A stretch of DNA of 64,000 nucleotides, taken from sequence record MW879341.1; one strand, written 5' to 3'. Positions within the stretch are counted from its first letter, which is position 1. Every line of letters begins with the position of its first letter. This document shows, piece by piece, positions 9,867 to 19,407 of the stretch. The position numbers and the translations under genes are program-made. The notes beneath the pieces were generated by a model. It saw nothing but the letters and a program-made list of their open reading frames with translations, had not been told where the DNA came from and did no database searches.

Positions 9867-10262
9867 ATGAGTCAATATACTGACCTGTACTCACCGGACT
9901 ATAAGACTGCCACTGTTGATTCTGAGGACCCAAACCCGGAGTCAGATTTGGTGGTCTTGAACTCACCGGTCAACGTTGCACCTTCCCACTTTATCTTTGG
10001 TGGTTTAGGTCCGTCCGGTAATGACACTGCCGAACTGCGTTTGCAGATTGGTGAGTTCCAAAAAGGCGGCTTTAACGGTATCCCACCGGAATCGCTGTTG
10101 TTAGCACTGGCCAAGCATTACGAAGGATTACAGGAAAGCTCCATCGCCTCTCCTGAGTATCGCATGGTTGTGAATCTCCTGAACGACTGCATCGGTAGTC
10201 TGAAAGGACGTAACGACATTCGTCAGTACTACGGTAAGTACGGTACCATCGAATCCAACTAA
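9867..10262 (+). CDS. Tad1-like (Thoeris anti-defence sponge fold) protein, divergent
   Basis: 131 aa. LQIG..GFNGIPPESLL..HYEGLQ..SPEY..LKGRNDIR..YGT aligns without gaps beyond one residue to the recalled Tad1 core FQKG..QHGVIDSDLL..RLKSFQ..SREN..MNRRVEDR..LGT. Confidence 0.6.
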   Translation: MSQYTDLYSPDYKTATVDSEDPNPESDLVVLNSPVNVAPSHFIFGGLGPSGNDTAELRLQIGEFQKGGFNGIPPESLLLALAKHYEGLQESSIASPEYRMVVNLLNDCIGSLKGRNDIRQYYGKYGTIESN

Positions 10263-10275
10263 CCTGGAGTTTTAA

Positions 10276-11136
10276 ATGCGCTTAGTATCTCACGACATCA
10301 CTGAAAGCACCACCGAAGACCAGACCGCCACTGGCGTCCAGTCATTCGATCTTTCCAAAGACGGTGTTTTCCAACAGACGTTAAAAGTAACGTCTGACTT
10401 CAATCCGGTTCTTGCTGAAGATCCGACCGTGCTGTCAATCGGTACTCTGCTCACTCTGCTGGACAAAGCTACACAGAAAGGTCTGGCTGTACCAAACACC
10501 CATTCCGCTGTATGGCGTGCGATTATCAACAATACTCGCAACAGTATCGGTGCACACAACTTCTCACAATCTCTGGTAAACAGCGAAACTGCCCCGGTGG
10601 GTTCTCTGGATATCACCGTTCGTTTCCATCCGGCTCTGCGTGAGCTGAACCCGGAAGAACAGATCGTAGAAGTTAAACGCAGTCGTGAACTGTATACGCG
10701 TGAAAGCTACGTGGAGCTGTTCCAACTGCTGCAACACATTCAGTACAGCTTCACTTGCGAAGGTGATCAACTGGTCATCGACGTCTACAACCCGAACCCG
10801 TTCTTCACTGTGGCGGCTGAACAAGTTGTAGATAGTTGGATTACCAAAAACTCAACCACCGATGCAATCATCAGTCTGGGTGGCGGTAAGATGGCAGGGT
10901 ACTACGCTTATCCTAACTTCCTGTTGGGTGAGCCGGAAAGTCGCGCTGAGACTGTTGAAGCTGTCCTGCGTAAACAGCTGCCTGAAACTGTTGGTATCCG
11001 TATCGACACTCTGGGTATCCCTACTCTGTTCATCGAGCAGGATGCTGAGAAAGCTGTGTCTATCGATACTATCCAGAACGCACTGTATAAAGCAGCGCAG
11101 GCTCTGGAAAGCGATTTCATCGGTCCGCAGAACTAA
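10276..11136 (+). CDS. Hypothetical protein
   Basis: 286 aa ORF with a GGAG RBS and strong codon bias; no motif recognised. Confidence 0.75.
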   Translation: MRLVSHDITESTTEDQTATGVQSFDLSKDGVFQQTLKVTSDFNPVLAEDPTVLSIGTLLTLLDKATQKGLAVPNTHSAVWRAIINNTRNSIGAHNFSQSLVNSETAPVGSLDITVRFHPALRELNPEEQIVEVKRSRELYTRESYVELFQLLQHIQYSFTCEGDQLVIDVYNPNPFFTVAAEQVVDSWITKNSTTDAIISLGGGKMAGYYAYPNFLLGEPESRAETVEAVLRKQLPETVGIRIDTLGIPTLFIEQDAEKAVSIDTIQNALYKAAQALESDFIGPQN

Positions 11137-11142
11137 ACCCCA

Positions 11143-11183
11143 CAGTACCTGTCCTCTTCGGAGGCAGGTACTGCCTCTATGCC
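11143..11183 (+). terminator. Hairpin CAGTACCTG-TCCTC-TTCG-GAGG-CAGGTACTG followed by CCTCTATGCC
   Basis: Long stem with UUCG loop after the stop at 11136. Confidence 0.7.
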
Positions 11184-11237
11184 GCAAGTCGGATTATATG
11201 AAGAAATCCAAGCATTTTAAATGAGGAGGCGTTGATT

Positions 11238-12782
11238 ATGCCTGTCGTCGTTAATACCATCAAAGAGACCACACAGGCTATCACTCGTCCTGTCGTGCTC
11301 GATGCTCTGAAGATACTGAAGCAGTACACGGGCATCGGTAACAATGTAGAGATTCAGGTCTTTACAGGTTCTAATGCCTCTAGCCTGCCCGGTAGTTTAG
11401 CCAATGCCGGAAACGGTGACAACGTGCGCTTTGACTCACATGAGAAACTCTTAGCGGATTACACTGAGCGTTTCGATGAGAACGACTACGCCACTGCTGC
11501 GGTGAATTGGAAAGATAACGTTCCCTATTTCTTAGACGCACCGTTACAGATTCACATGCGTCCGGTTATCGTAAAGGCTAACATTGAGATTCAAATCCAA
11601 TATCGCTGTCCTAACGAAGCTGCTGCTCAACGTTGGTTAGCGGATATCCGTCAACGCATCAGTATGGAACGTACCGTACTCCCGATGGAACTGAACTACA
11701 CGTATCAGATTCCAATGTCGTACATGGTTATCTTGGCACATCTACACGATCTTCGTGAGAACGTGGCTGGTTACAATCAATCATATCTAGAATGGATTCA
11801 GGCGTGCTTCGATGATCGTGTGACCGTACAGAAAACCAACGGTGAGAAAGGACATCAGTTTACAGTCTGTGAGCGACAAGGTGGTGTGTTGGGTGAGTTT
11901 GATTTCACCAGCGTACCTACTGCTGACCGCAATGAGTCTAACTCGACGTGGACTGTGGGCTTCGGCTTTAAGTTTACCTACGAGAAAGTGATCTCTGCGG
12001 TACTGGAGTATCCAATCGTTGTACACAATCAGGTTGTTGATGCGAAGTTCCGTAAGGACCCTACGCCATATACCCTGACTGAGAAACGGTTGATGAATAT
12101 CTCACGCCGTGCGTACGAACGTATGCCTTACGTTGCGCCTAAAGAGTGGGAGCATCCGATTGGGGGTATCGTTATACCTACCTACGATGACTGGTTCCCT
12201 GATAATTTCTCTAAGGCAACCACGAGTGTGTTCACTACGCTCTGTACGGTAGATTCTGATGACCCGTATCAGATCTGTAATATCCGTGATCTGGGACCGT
12301 GGCAATTAAACCCACTGTTCCTCGACTGGATTCAGACTAACCCGAAACTGTGTTTCTCACAAACGCGTTCACCGTTGGTTATTGAGTTCTATACGGGTAA
12401 CACGCGTTTCACGCAAGAGGCACTGTACCTCGATGAGCAACTGAACCTCAGGTCGGTCACGCCGTTGAATGAACGGTTGATTCACCACCTGCGCTTTGCA
12501 TTAGTTACAGACCTCACTGTAATCTCTGAGCCTTACCAACGTAACCTAAGAAACCACGGCGCTATCTGCCAAGAATTCTTACGTGTTATTGACCCAACGT
12601 TAGAACAGGTTGGACTACTGCCTAGACTCAGAGGCGGTAAGATGGTCGCTCCACTGGATTACGATAAAGCTGTTCGTGCTATCGGTACGACAGACCCGAC
12701 ATACAAAACTCGCCCAGAGCGTCGTAGACTGAGGGTGGGTCAATTCGTCTTCTACGTTGGAGATAAAAATGCCTGTATTTGA
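11238..12782 (+). CDS. Conserved jumbo-phage virion structural protein (probably neck/baseplate)
   Basis: About 514 aa, GAGGAGG RBS. Same position as the structural genes that follow the head cluster in phiKZ/SPN3US (recalled synteny). Confidence 0.55.
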   Translation: MPVVVNTIKETTQAITRPVVLDALKILKQYTGIGNNVEIQVFTGSNASSLPGSLANAGNGDNVRFDSHEKLLADYTERFDENDYATAAVNWKDNVPYFLDAPLQIHMRPVIVKANIEIQIQYRCPNEAAAQRWLADIRQRISMERTVLPMELNYTYQIPMSYMVILAHLHDLRENVAGYNQSYLEWIQACFDDRVTVQKTNGEKGHQFTVCERQGGVLGEFDFTSVPTADRNESNSTWTVGFGFKFTYEKVISAVLEYPIVVHNQVVDAKFRKDPTPYTLTEKRLMNISRRAYERMPYVAPKEWEHPIGGIVIPTYDDWFPDNFSKATTSVFTTLCTVDSDDPYQICNIRDLGPWQLNPLFLDWIQTNPKLCFSQTRSPLVIEFYTGNTRFTQEALYLDEQLNLRSVTPLNERLIHHLRFALVTDLTVISEPYQRNLRNHGAICQEFLRVIDPTLEQVGLLPRLRGGKMVAPLDYDKAVRAIGTTDPTYKTRPERRRLRVGQFVFYVGDKNACI

Positions 12783-14163
12783 TCCTAACTCAAACACTAC
12801 AAGGCCAAACGCTGCACCGAAGCAACCACAGAAAGTAAACCCCAATCCGACAGCACCTCGCTTGCAGGATGTTAAGGTTGACTCTAAGTTGTTTCCGCGC
12901 ACTGCTATTCTGGCACACGTCAGTGGGTCTAAGTGGGTACCGAAGTTCTATTTGAGTCAGTTCTTGAATGTGGATAACAATCCACAGGCATACAGTGCTG
13001 ACTTACCCGCTGTGTCACAACAGTACAAGAAAATCATTGAACCTGAATTTCGTGTACAGACCCCACTCTCTAATAGTTTCACAGAGGGTGAGAACGAATG
13101 GGTAGTAACCGGCTCAGCAATTCTCTACTTCGGGATTATCCCGAACGTTGGCGATTTGTTCTTAGCGGATATCGGCGATGGTCGTCTGGGTCAGTTCAAC
13201 GTAACCGAAGCAGCACCTAAGTCTTACCTGCAAGCCACGGTATACGAGATCAGTTACAAGCTGATGGGTTATGCTACACCCGAGCTGATGGCAGCACTCG
13301 ATGCTAAGACCATCGAGACGGGTTATTACGTTCGTGACCAGTATCTCTCTGGCAATCAGTCTATCCTGGTTGAGCGTGACGTTAAGGACTACGAGGCATT
13401 GCTGCGTTTATTGCAGACTCTGCCAAACGAGTACCATCGTGACTTCTTCTCCAGCGAGTTCCAGACGTATCTGGTACCGGACCAAGAGTTCCCGCTGTAC
13501 GATCCATTCATTACACCGTTCTTCAAAAGACTGGTTGACCCTGAAACCCATTCGTGGATTAGTAAGGTAAACCTGCTGAACGTTGACACGGGTAACGACA
13601 AAGTTATCACCACTGTGTTGGATGCGGCCTTAGAGAATGACGAAAGTATTATCGATCGTTGTCAGGCTTATATCTATCCTACCAACGTTAAGTATTTCAC
13701 TACTCAAGCGCTGTTTGGTAATATCCGTTATAGCGGTATTGAGTTTGTGATGTTCCCGAAAGGGGTGGACGTCTGGCATTACGAGAAAGCCTACATTACT
13801 GTAGATGCATTCAAGTTACGTCTGGGTCCTAACCTAACGTTGAACCGTAAGACACACCTTACGGAAGCATTCAGTACCCACAACTTACCAGCTCCTGGTA
13901 ATGAGTTCGGTATTGAGCTGCCATGGATACACGCTAACGCTGTAACCGACACGTACATTTTCTCTCCGAGCTTCTACGAATCTAAACCAGACCAGTCTGC
14001 GTTAGAACTCCTGTTCCGTTCTGCGGTTAATGGGAAAATCGTAGACGCACAGAAACTCATTAAAGCCAGTGCGGACCGTGTGTTGTGGACGAGTGCTACT
14101 CGCTTCTACTATATCCCGATTCTGATGTACTGCATTCGAACTGCACTCGCCAATATAGGTTAA
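12769..14163 (+). CDS. Conserved jumbo-phage virion structural protein
   Basis: About 464 aa, overlapping the previous gene. The GIIPNVGDLFLADIGDGRLGQFNV beta-barrel-like segment resembles head-tail joining proteins. Confidence 0.55.
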   Translation: MPVFDPNSNTTRPNAAPKQPQKVNPNPTAPRLQDVKVDSKLFPRTAILAHVSGSKWVPKFYLSQFLNVDNNPQAYSADLPAVSQQYKKIIEPEFRVQTPLSNSFTEGENEWVVTGSAILYFGIIPNVGDLFLADIGDGRLGQFNVTEAAPKSYLQATVYEISYKLMGYATPELMAALDAKTIETGYYVRDQYLSGNQSILVERDVKDYEALLRLLQTLPNEYHRDFFSSEFQTYLVPDQEFPLYDPFITPFFKRLVDPETHSWISKVNLLNVDTGNDKVITTVLDAALENDESIIDRCQAYIYPTNVKYFTTQALFGNIRYSGIEFVMFPKGVDVWHYEKAYITVDAFKLRLGPNLTLNRKTHLTEAFSTHNLPAPGNEFGIELPWIHANAVTDTYIFSPSFYESKPDQSALELLFRSAVNGKIVDAQKLIKASADRVLWTSATRFYYIPILMYCIRTALANIG

Positions 14164-14165
14164 CC

Positions 14166-14765
14166 ATGAAAATCGATAGAGAGTCTACGGGCTATAAGCT
14201 CTTTAAAACCATCTTCCACTGTAGAGTCAAGGCCAAGCATCTCATCGATCTCGAACGCGCTGCAACTTACGGACAGCAAACTACTGGGGATGACGAGTAC
14301 GATGCTGAACTCGGTGAATCATTAACTGACGTTTATCTACCAACCTCTGATATCGCTGAGTTAAACCACGATGGTGTGGATGTGATGATTGTCAATCACT
14401 CAGACGTTATTCGTTTGTATGAGATTATCAATGATCACTTAGAGTGGTGGGAATCCAAATTCAGGACGATGTTCTTTATCGATCCAGATAGACTGAAGCG
14501 TGTTAAGCGCGACATCGAAATTCTGGGACGGTTATCTGATGCGGTTTACCCATCCATCAAAGCGTACGTACGTAAACGCGATTCACACCTGACGACTGTT
14601 GAAGATACCATCATGCCACACCGTCCAGACGAGCAGTTCTACGGATTGGATGAAGGTGACGTGTCGGGCTTCCAGGAGGCCGTGGTGGCTCCGCACCGTA
14701 CGATCGAGGATATCTTCGGCGTTAAGACGTTGAACCGCGTACGGGCCTGGGAGGTGCGTAAATGA
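14166..14765 (+). CDS. Hypothetical protein
   Basis: Probable start ATG 14166, just after the upstream stop. Its stop overlaps the next start (TAAATGA). Confidence 0.65.
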   Translation: MKIDRESTGYKLFKTIFHCRVKAKHLIDLERAATYGQQTTGDDEYDAELGESLTDVYLPTSDIAELNHDGVDVMIVNHSDVIRLYEIINDHLEWWESKFRTMFFIDPDRLKRVKRDIEILGRLSDAVYPSIKAYVRKRDSHLTTVEDTIMPHRPDEQFYGLDEGDVSGFQEAVVAPHRTIEDIFGVKTLNRVRAWEVRK

Positions 14766-16132
14766 GGATTAACAGCGGACCGCTTGCATTAGACATCCAA
14801 ATGATCACTGAAGACAAATCGAAGCCGACACATTGGGGCTATACGGTGAGTGTTCGTGGTGGGGGTGCTCAAGTCAATGCTCTGAAGTTAGAGTCAGAGA
14901 CTACCTATGCAGATTACGCGGGGAGCTTTGGTGAGGAAGTATTGCTGACAGCCTGGTTTGTTGAGGATGATGTCAATAAGGTTATCCTTCCTAATGCCAA
15001 AGACCTGGAGCTGATTGTCACACGTCGTAGCTTAGGCTCTGCACAATCTGGCGGGACACAATCCCGCCAAGGTTACACGGACCGTTATAAAGCAACGATC
15101 ACTGACGTAACGGTTCCAGAGGTCGGTGAGTCTAACAGCGTATCTCGTGACTCGAAGAATGCAATGAAGCGTCTAACGTTCCAGTTGTTTGACCGGGCGT
15201 TATACGAACTCAAAGCAATTAGTGTTGGTGGGATTCTCAGACACAGCAGTGCTGCGGATGCACTGAATGTCCTACTAACAGCGAAAAGCTCTGCCTTGAC
15301 TATTGATGATGCAGTGAAACCACTGGGTGTTACTATGGTACCAGCCGACACTGCCCTCAACGCTCAGGGTAAGCCTAACCTACGTGAACATATTGTAATC
15401 AAAGACGGTACGCAGTTAACCGCTTTGGCACGGTATCTCCAACAACACTGTGGGGGTATCTATAACAATGGCATTGGGTGTTTCTATGTCCGACGTCAAT
15501 GGTACGTATATCCGCTTTACGATAGTTCACGGTTTGCAAACTGCCAGCAATCACTGACACTCATCCGTGTCCCCTCCGAGACGATGCCTGATGTACCACA
15601 CAGTTACACCATGCGTGGGAATCACTTGTTTGCACTTGCAACAGACGAGGCCATCAGTATCGACAACACGGATCATAAACAGTTGAACCAAGGGAATGGT
15701 ACACTGTTTGCTACAGCCAGCGGCGTTATGGATAAATTCGTTCCTAGGGACGATTCTAAGGCCATGGCGAGTCAAAGTGACGTAATGGGTAGGATAGCAG
15801 TAGAACAACGCCCTGATGGGCTTAATAACGCGGTATTTGGCCAGCGTAGGATCTCGGATAATATCGCTGAACAGATCAGTGGGTTATCCGCACGCAATCA
15901 GCAATTCATGCAGGTTGCATGGGCCTATTCTGACCCCGCGCTGGTTTATCCGGGCATGCCGGTCCGTTTACTCTACGCGAATGGAAACAAAGTAGAGGCA
16001 ATGGTTGGTACTGTCCATGCAATAGAGACGTTCACGGAGTTGTCTACACCGGGAATGGCTACGCAGCACTACCAGTGTAAATCAGTCCTAACGTTATCTG
16101 TTACTAAACAACCAGAGAACAAAATAGGATAA
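14762..16132 (+). CDS. Putative baseplate hub-like virion protein
   Basis: 456 aa. LARYLQQHCGGIYNNGIG and C-terminal LVYPGMPVRL..GTVHAIET resemble hub/gpD-like OB segments. Confidence 0.45.
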   Translation: MRINSGPLALDIQMITEDKSKPTHWGYTVSVRGGGAQVNALKLESETTYADYAGSFGEEVLLTAWFVEDDVNKVILPNAKDLELIVTRRSLGSAQSGGTQSRQGYTDRYKATITDVTVPEVGESNSVSRDSKNAMKRLTFQLFDRALYELKAISVGGILRHSSAADALNVLLTAKSSALTIDDAVKPLGVTMVPADTALNAQGKPNLREHIVIKDGTQLTALARYLQQHCGGIYNNGIGCFYVRRQWYVYPLYDSSRFANCQQSLTLIRVPSETMPDVPHSYTMRGNHLFALATDEAISIDNTDHKQLNQGNGTLFATASGVMDKFVPRDDSKAMASQSDVMGRIAVEQRPDGLNNAVFGQRRISDNIAEQISGLSARNQQFMQVAWAYSDPALVYPGMPVRLLYANGNKVEAMVGTVHAIETFTELSTPGMATQHYQCKSVLTLSVTKQPENKIG

Positions 16133-16136
16133 CGAC

Positions 16137-16427
16137 ATGTCTAATCGGAAACATAAGCATTCTAGAGCGACTAGATTATCGGTCATCTTTTTGATTGTGT
16201 TGATGGTTATTACAGCTATCGGGGTGGTGGTCGCCCGAGGGCTTTTGAACGCATCGCACGAACCTAAATTACACCCAACCAATGCGTGGTGTAGTGACGG
16301 TAAGTGTTATCGCGATAACGGTTTGTACATTGGTCCTGACCCACTTGTGGATGGATTAGGTTCGGCTACGGCACCTACACCTGACCCGTATCGATTTCCG
16401 GACACTAAGGTACCTACAACGAAATAA
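16137..16427 (+). CDS. Small single-pass membrane protein
   Basis: 96 aa: basic N-terminus, hydrophobic LSVIFLIVLMVITAIGVVVA, then a CxxxxC motif. Confidence 0.6.
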   Translation: MSNRKHKHSRATRLSVIFLIVLMVITAIGVVVARGLLNASHEPKLHPTNAWCSDGKCYRDNGLYIGPDPLVDGLGSATAPTPDPYRFPDTKVPTTK

Positions 16428-16428
16428 C

Positions 16429-16477
16429 GGCATAGATCCCACACCCTACCGAAAGGCGGGGTGTGGTTTCTTTATGC
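16429..16477. terminator. Hairpin CCACACCCTACC-GAAA-GGCGGGGTGTGG flanked by GGCATA and TTTATGC
   Basis: Stem-loop with a TATGC(C) tail on both strands. Confidence 0.75.
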
Positions 16478-16496
16478 TTTCAGATATATATTATCT
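16478..16496 (+). promoter_or_regulatory. Putative early (virion RNAP) promoter TTTCAGATATATATTATCT
   Basis: 18/19 identical to 30575..30593 and contains TATATTA, as in the phiKZ early consensus TATATTAC. Precedes the accessory gene block. Confidence 0.55.
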
Positions 16497-16729
16497 TTAG
16501 GAGAGTCTCACGCTCTCCTAAGTAATTAATTACTCACCCACTCTATAATTTGAATCAAACAAAACCAAAGGCTAGGGGTTTATGCTGTTAGGACATTCAA
16601 GCTGTTTTAATTCCAGTAGCAATCAATGGATGTTTGGAGAGTGTAACTCGACAAGCCTTGCAGTAAATTAGTTCAAAGTATAATACCCCTCAATACTTTT
16701 TTACTTCCGTTAATAAAAGGATCACGAAC

Positions 16730-17422
16730 ATGTCAGCATCTTTAACACTCGGTTCTAAACTCGCTATCACTTTCCTGTTAGAATCGTGGATTAACCACTA
16801 CCATCAATTCTGCCCGGAGACCCTGGAAGCGAAGCAAGGTCGCCGTGAGCCACTTACGCTGGAAGAAGTAGTAGAGCGTATTAATGGTGGTGATTGTGGT
16901 ACGACAGCCATTGCTGTCGGTTACGTATTCAACCATCTTCTGTCTGAGTATTCAGCACAAACTGATGAGTTTATCTCACCGGCTGAGTTCTACGACAACT
17001 ACAACCACGCCTTCCTGAAAGTGAACGATCGTTTCTACGATACTTTCAATACCGCCGGTGTAGATTCAGCCGGTGAGATGTTTGAGGCAGATGCACCTAA
17101 CGCGTCTGTTGAGAATGTTGGTTTAGCTGAACTGTTCAAACGCTATATCTGGAAAGACCGCACTGGCGCACGCATGATTGAAAGCTTCTGTCAGCGCTGG
17201 CATGTTCCGATCGAACCGTTGTCTAAAGCACTGCTGGATGATCCGGCTGGCGTAAGTTACGGTACTCAGCAGTGGTATGACTTCGTGCAGCAAACGCTGT
17301 CTGGCGTTCCAGCGTTCCGTCCTGAGCCAGTAACACACACTGACCCAGCTGAACCAATCGACCCAGAGTCTTCAAACGAAGACCTGAACGAAGCACTGAC
17401 CTCATTGGGGATTAAACCTTAA
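16730..17422 (+). CDS. Hypothetical protein with a transglutaminase/papain-like Cys-His-Asp arrangement
   Basis: GGDCGTTAIAV ... NHAFLKVNDRFYD; AGGA RBS. Confidence 0.5.
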   Translation: MSASLTLGSKLAITFLLESWINHYHQFCPETLEAKQGRREPLTLEEVVERINGGDCGTTAIAVGYVFNHLLSEYSAQTDEFISPAEFYDNYNHAFLKVNDRFYDTFNTAGVDSAGEMFEADAPNASVENVGLAELFKRYIWKDRTGARMIESFCQRWHVPIEPLSKALLDDPAGVSYGTQQWYDFVQQTLSGVPAFRPEPVTHTDPAEPIDPESSNEDLNEALTSLGIKP

Positions 17423-18051
17423 TGGTCGACCAAACTCAGGGGCGCGCTAAGCGCCCTCTTCCAGGTACCACTTCTATCTATCTATACGGCGAACCTAAGA
17501 TGGACCATAACAAATTACACGGTGTGGGTTTCATGTCTACATACCTTCGTGGTGACATCAGTTACCGCAAGGCGTTCTTTGTATCGCCGGACACTGTTCT
17601 GGGTGAGTCTTTCACGGACATCTGCCTACACCAGACGTTCAGCGCTTACGATGTCTTTATCCGTGCTTTCAAAAATGCATCGTACAAGTTCTTCCGTCAG
17701 GAGAATATCCTGTTGAACTACTGGACACGCGATGATGCTAAGGTTCGCTACCACGCTGACTTAGCCATGCGTAACTGGGGACGGAAAGGGACTAAACAAC
17801 GTGAGCGTATTGCTTGCGAAGGTATTACCATTCCACTGAAGCCTTCACTGGATCAGGGTGCACCTTACGCGGTTGAGCTGTACGTGGTAGCCGGTAACTC
17901 ACATGCTGAGTTGGTAGACCCTATGGTTGGCCTTCGTCTGCGTCTGCATGAAAACAGCGCCTGGTTCAACTTACCACCTGTCCGTGACCGTCAGGAATTA
18001 AAAGCCCTGATGTGTCGCTTCTGTAACGCTACCCCAGTGGGAGTAAAATAA
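17422..18051 (+). CDS. Hypothetical protein
   Basis: 209 aa ORF. The true start may be ATG 17500, because a GC hairpin lies at ~17440-17460. Confidence 0.65.
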   Translation: MVDQTQGRAKRPLPGTTSIYLYGEPKMDHNKLHGVGFMSTYLRGDISYRKAFFVSPDTVLGESFTDICLHQTFSAYDVFIRAFKNASYKFFRQENILLNYWTRDDAKVRYHADLAMRNWGRKGTKQRERIACEGITIPLKPSLDQGAPYAVELYVVAGNSHAELVDPMVGLRLRLHENSAWFNLPPVRDRQELKALMCRFCNATPVGVK

Positions 18052-18054
18052 GGT

Positions 18055-18876
18055 ATGTCAATTACTGTCATGCGTCGCGGCTTAGACGCACTGTTAGCTT
18101 CACCACCTGAGTCTGTGGTTTCTATCATTTACCCTGACCAGGCAGCGGTACACGTCAGGGCCAAACCCATCTACAAAAATAACTACACGGTAGAGAACGG
18201 TTTGATTGATCGTTTCCTCCGTGTGTTAGATTTCGTCAAAGTTGAAGACGTGGCAGTACAGGATATACGCGGGGAAGGTCGCCCTGGCCAACACATTCAG
18301 TTTATGGTAACTGATTATTCAAAGGTTGAACCGCTTCAGCTCGCACTGGATCAATTTGGCGTGTTGTCCAAATACGTTCCAGACAACCTGCACGGTAATC
18401 AGTTGTTAGCGGCACTGCTTAGCAAGGGTGACGATGACGCTGCTATCAAACTGCGTTGGCTGCGTAAGACGGGCTATTCCGTATTCCAGGAACACCCACT
18501 TACCTTAGCACAGGGTGAGCGTTTGAATTCTGTTGTGTGGAACGACACGGAGACGATGGTTTACGATAGCGACCTCTACGGTGAGATTCGTTATCCGAGT
18601 TCAATCCGTATTCCACTCAAACGCGGTGACGGTTGTCCTTTCTACGACATCGCACTGATGGGCATTCTGTTTACTGAAGGTCCGAGTGAGGCGGCAGTGG
18701 ATTGGCGCTTTGCCTTCCGCATGACGCAAGAGTCGCCGTGGTCGCTGTTGTCTTCAACCAAAACAGGTGAAAGTTCCGTACGCAATCAAGTATTGAAATA
18801 CAGTCGGCGTAAATGGGTATGTGAAAATAGCAAGCGTCCATTTACAGACAAAGGTGAATGGCCGTACTTGCCCTAA
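18055..18876 (+). CDS. Hypothetical protein
   Basis: 273 aa ORF tightly packed behind the previous gene. Confidence 0.7.
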   Translation: MSITVMRRGLDALLASPPESVVSIIYPDQAAVHVRAKPIYKNNYTVENGLIDRFLRVLDFVKVEDVAVQDIRGEGRPGQHIQFMVTDYSKVEPLQLALDQFGVLSKYVPDNLHGNQLLAALLSKGDDDAAIKLRWLRKTGYSVFQEHPLTLAQGERLNSVVWNDTETMVYDSDLYGEIRYPSSIRIPLKRGDGCPFYDIALMGILFTEGPSEAAVDWRFAFRMTQESPWSLLSSTKTGESSVRNQVLKYSRRKWVCENSKRPFTDKGEWPYLP

Positions 18877-18897
18877 CCGACTAGCGTAGGAGTTTGT

Positions 18898-19407
18898 GTG
18901 ATGCAGAGAGTGTTCATTGTTGGAGACGGACATGTCTCACACAAAAACATCTGTAAACAACGACCACAGTTCAGCTCCGTAGCTGAGCACGACGAATTTT
19001 TCTGGGACTTACTCTCTCCTTTAACTAAGAGAGACCAGTTGATCATGGCGGGCGATATGTTCTTCACCCGTGAGTCCCTGTATAAACTCCGTAAGTTCCC
19101 GTTCCGCAAGATTTTAGTAATGGGTAATCATTGTACCGACCACGAACCGGATTTCCGTGACTTGGTTGAGGTGTACGATGATATCCATGAATCCATCAAG
19201 AAGAACTGGTTTACAATAACCCACCGACCAATGCACCCAGCAGCGTTGCGTAAACGTATTAACGTACACGCACACCAACACGGCGATACATTACCAGACT
19301 CACGGTATATCAACGTGTCGTTAGAAGCTACTGGATTCCGACTGGTTGACTTTGAGGAAATTCGTAGCGGTGACTACCGAACACATGCTTCTGCATCTAA
19401 GTTTTAA
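18898..19407 (+). CDS. Calcineurin-like metallophosphoesterase (phage type)
   Basis: Motifs GDGHVSH, AGDM, MGNH, THRP and HAHQH, and C-terminal YINVSLE. Confidence 0.85.
   Translation: MMQRVFIVGDGHVSHKNICKQRPQFSSVAEHDEFFWDLLSPLTKRDQLIMAGDMFFTRESLYKLRKFPFRKILVMGNHCTDHEPDFRDLVEVYDDIHESIKKNWFTITHRPMHPAALRKRINVHAHQHGDTLPDSRYINVSLEATGFRLVDFEEIRSGDYRTHASASKF

Noticed and set aside
16658-16684. Sigma70-like TTGCAG..TATAAT
   Set aside because: The 15-bp spacer is suboptimal, the region is AT-rich, and these phages use their own RNA polymerases.
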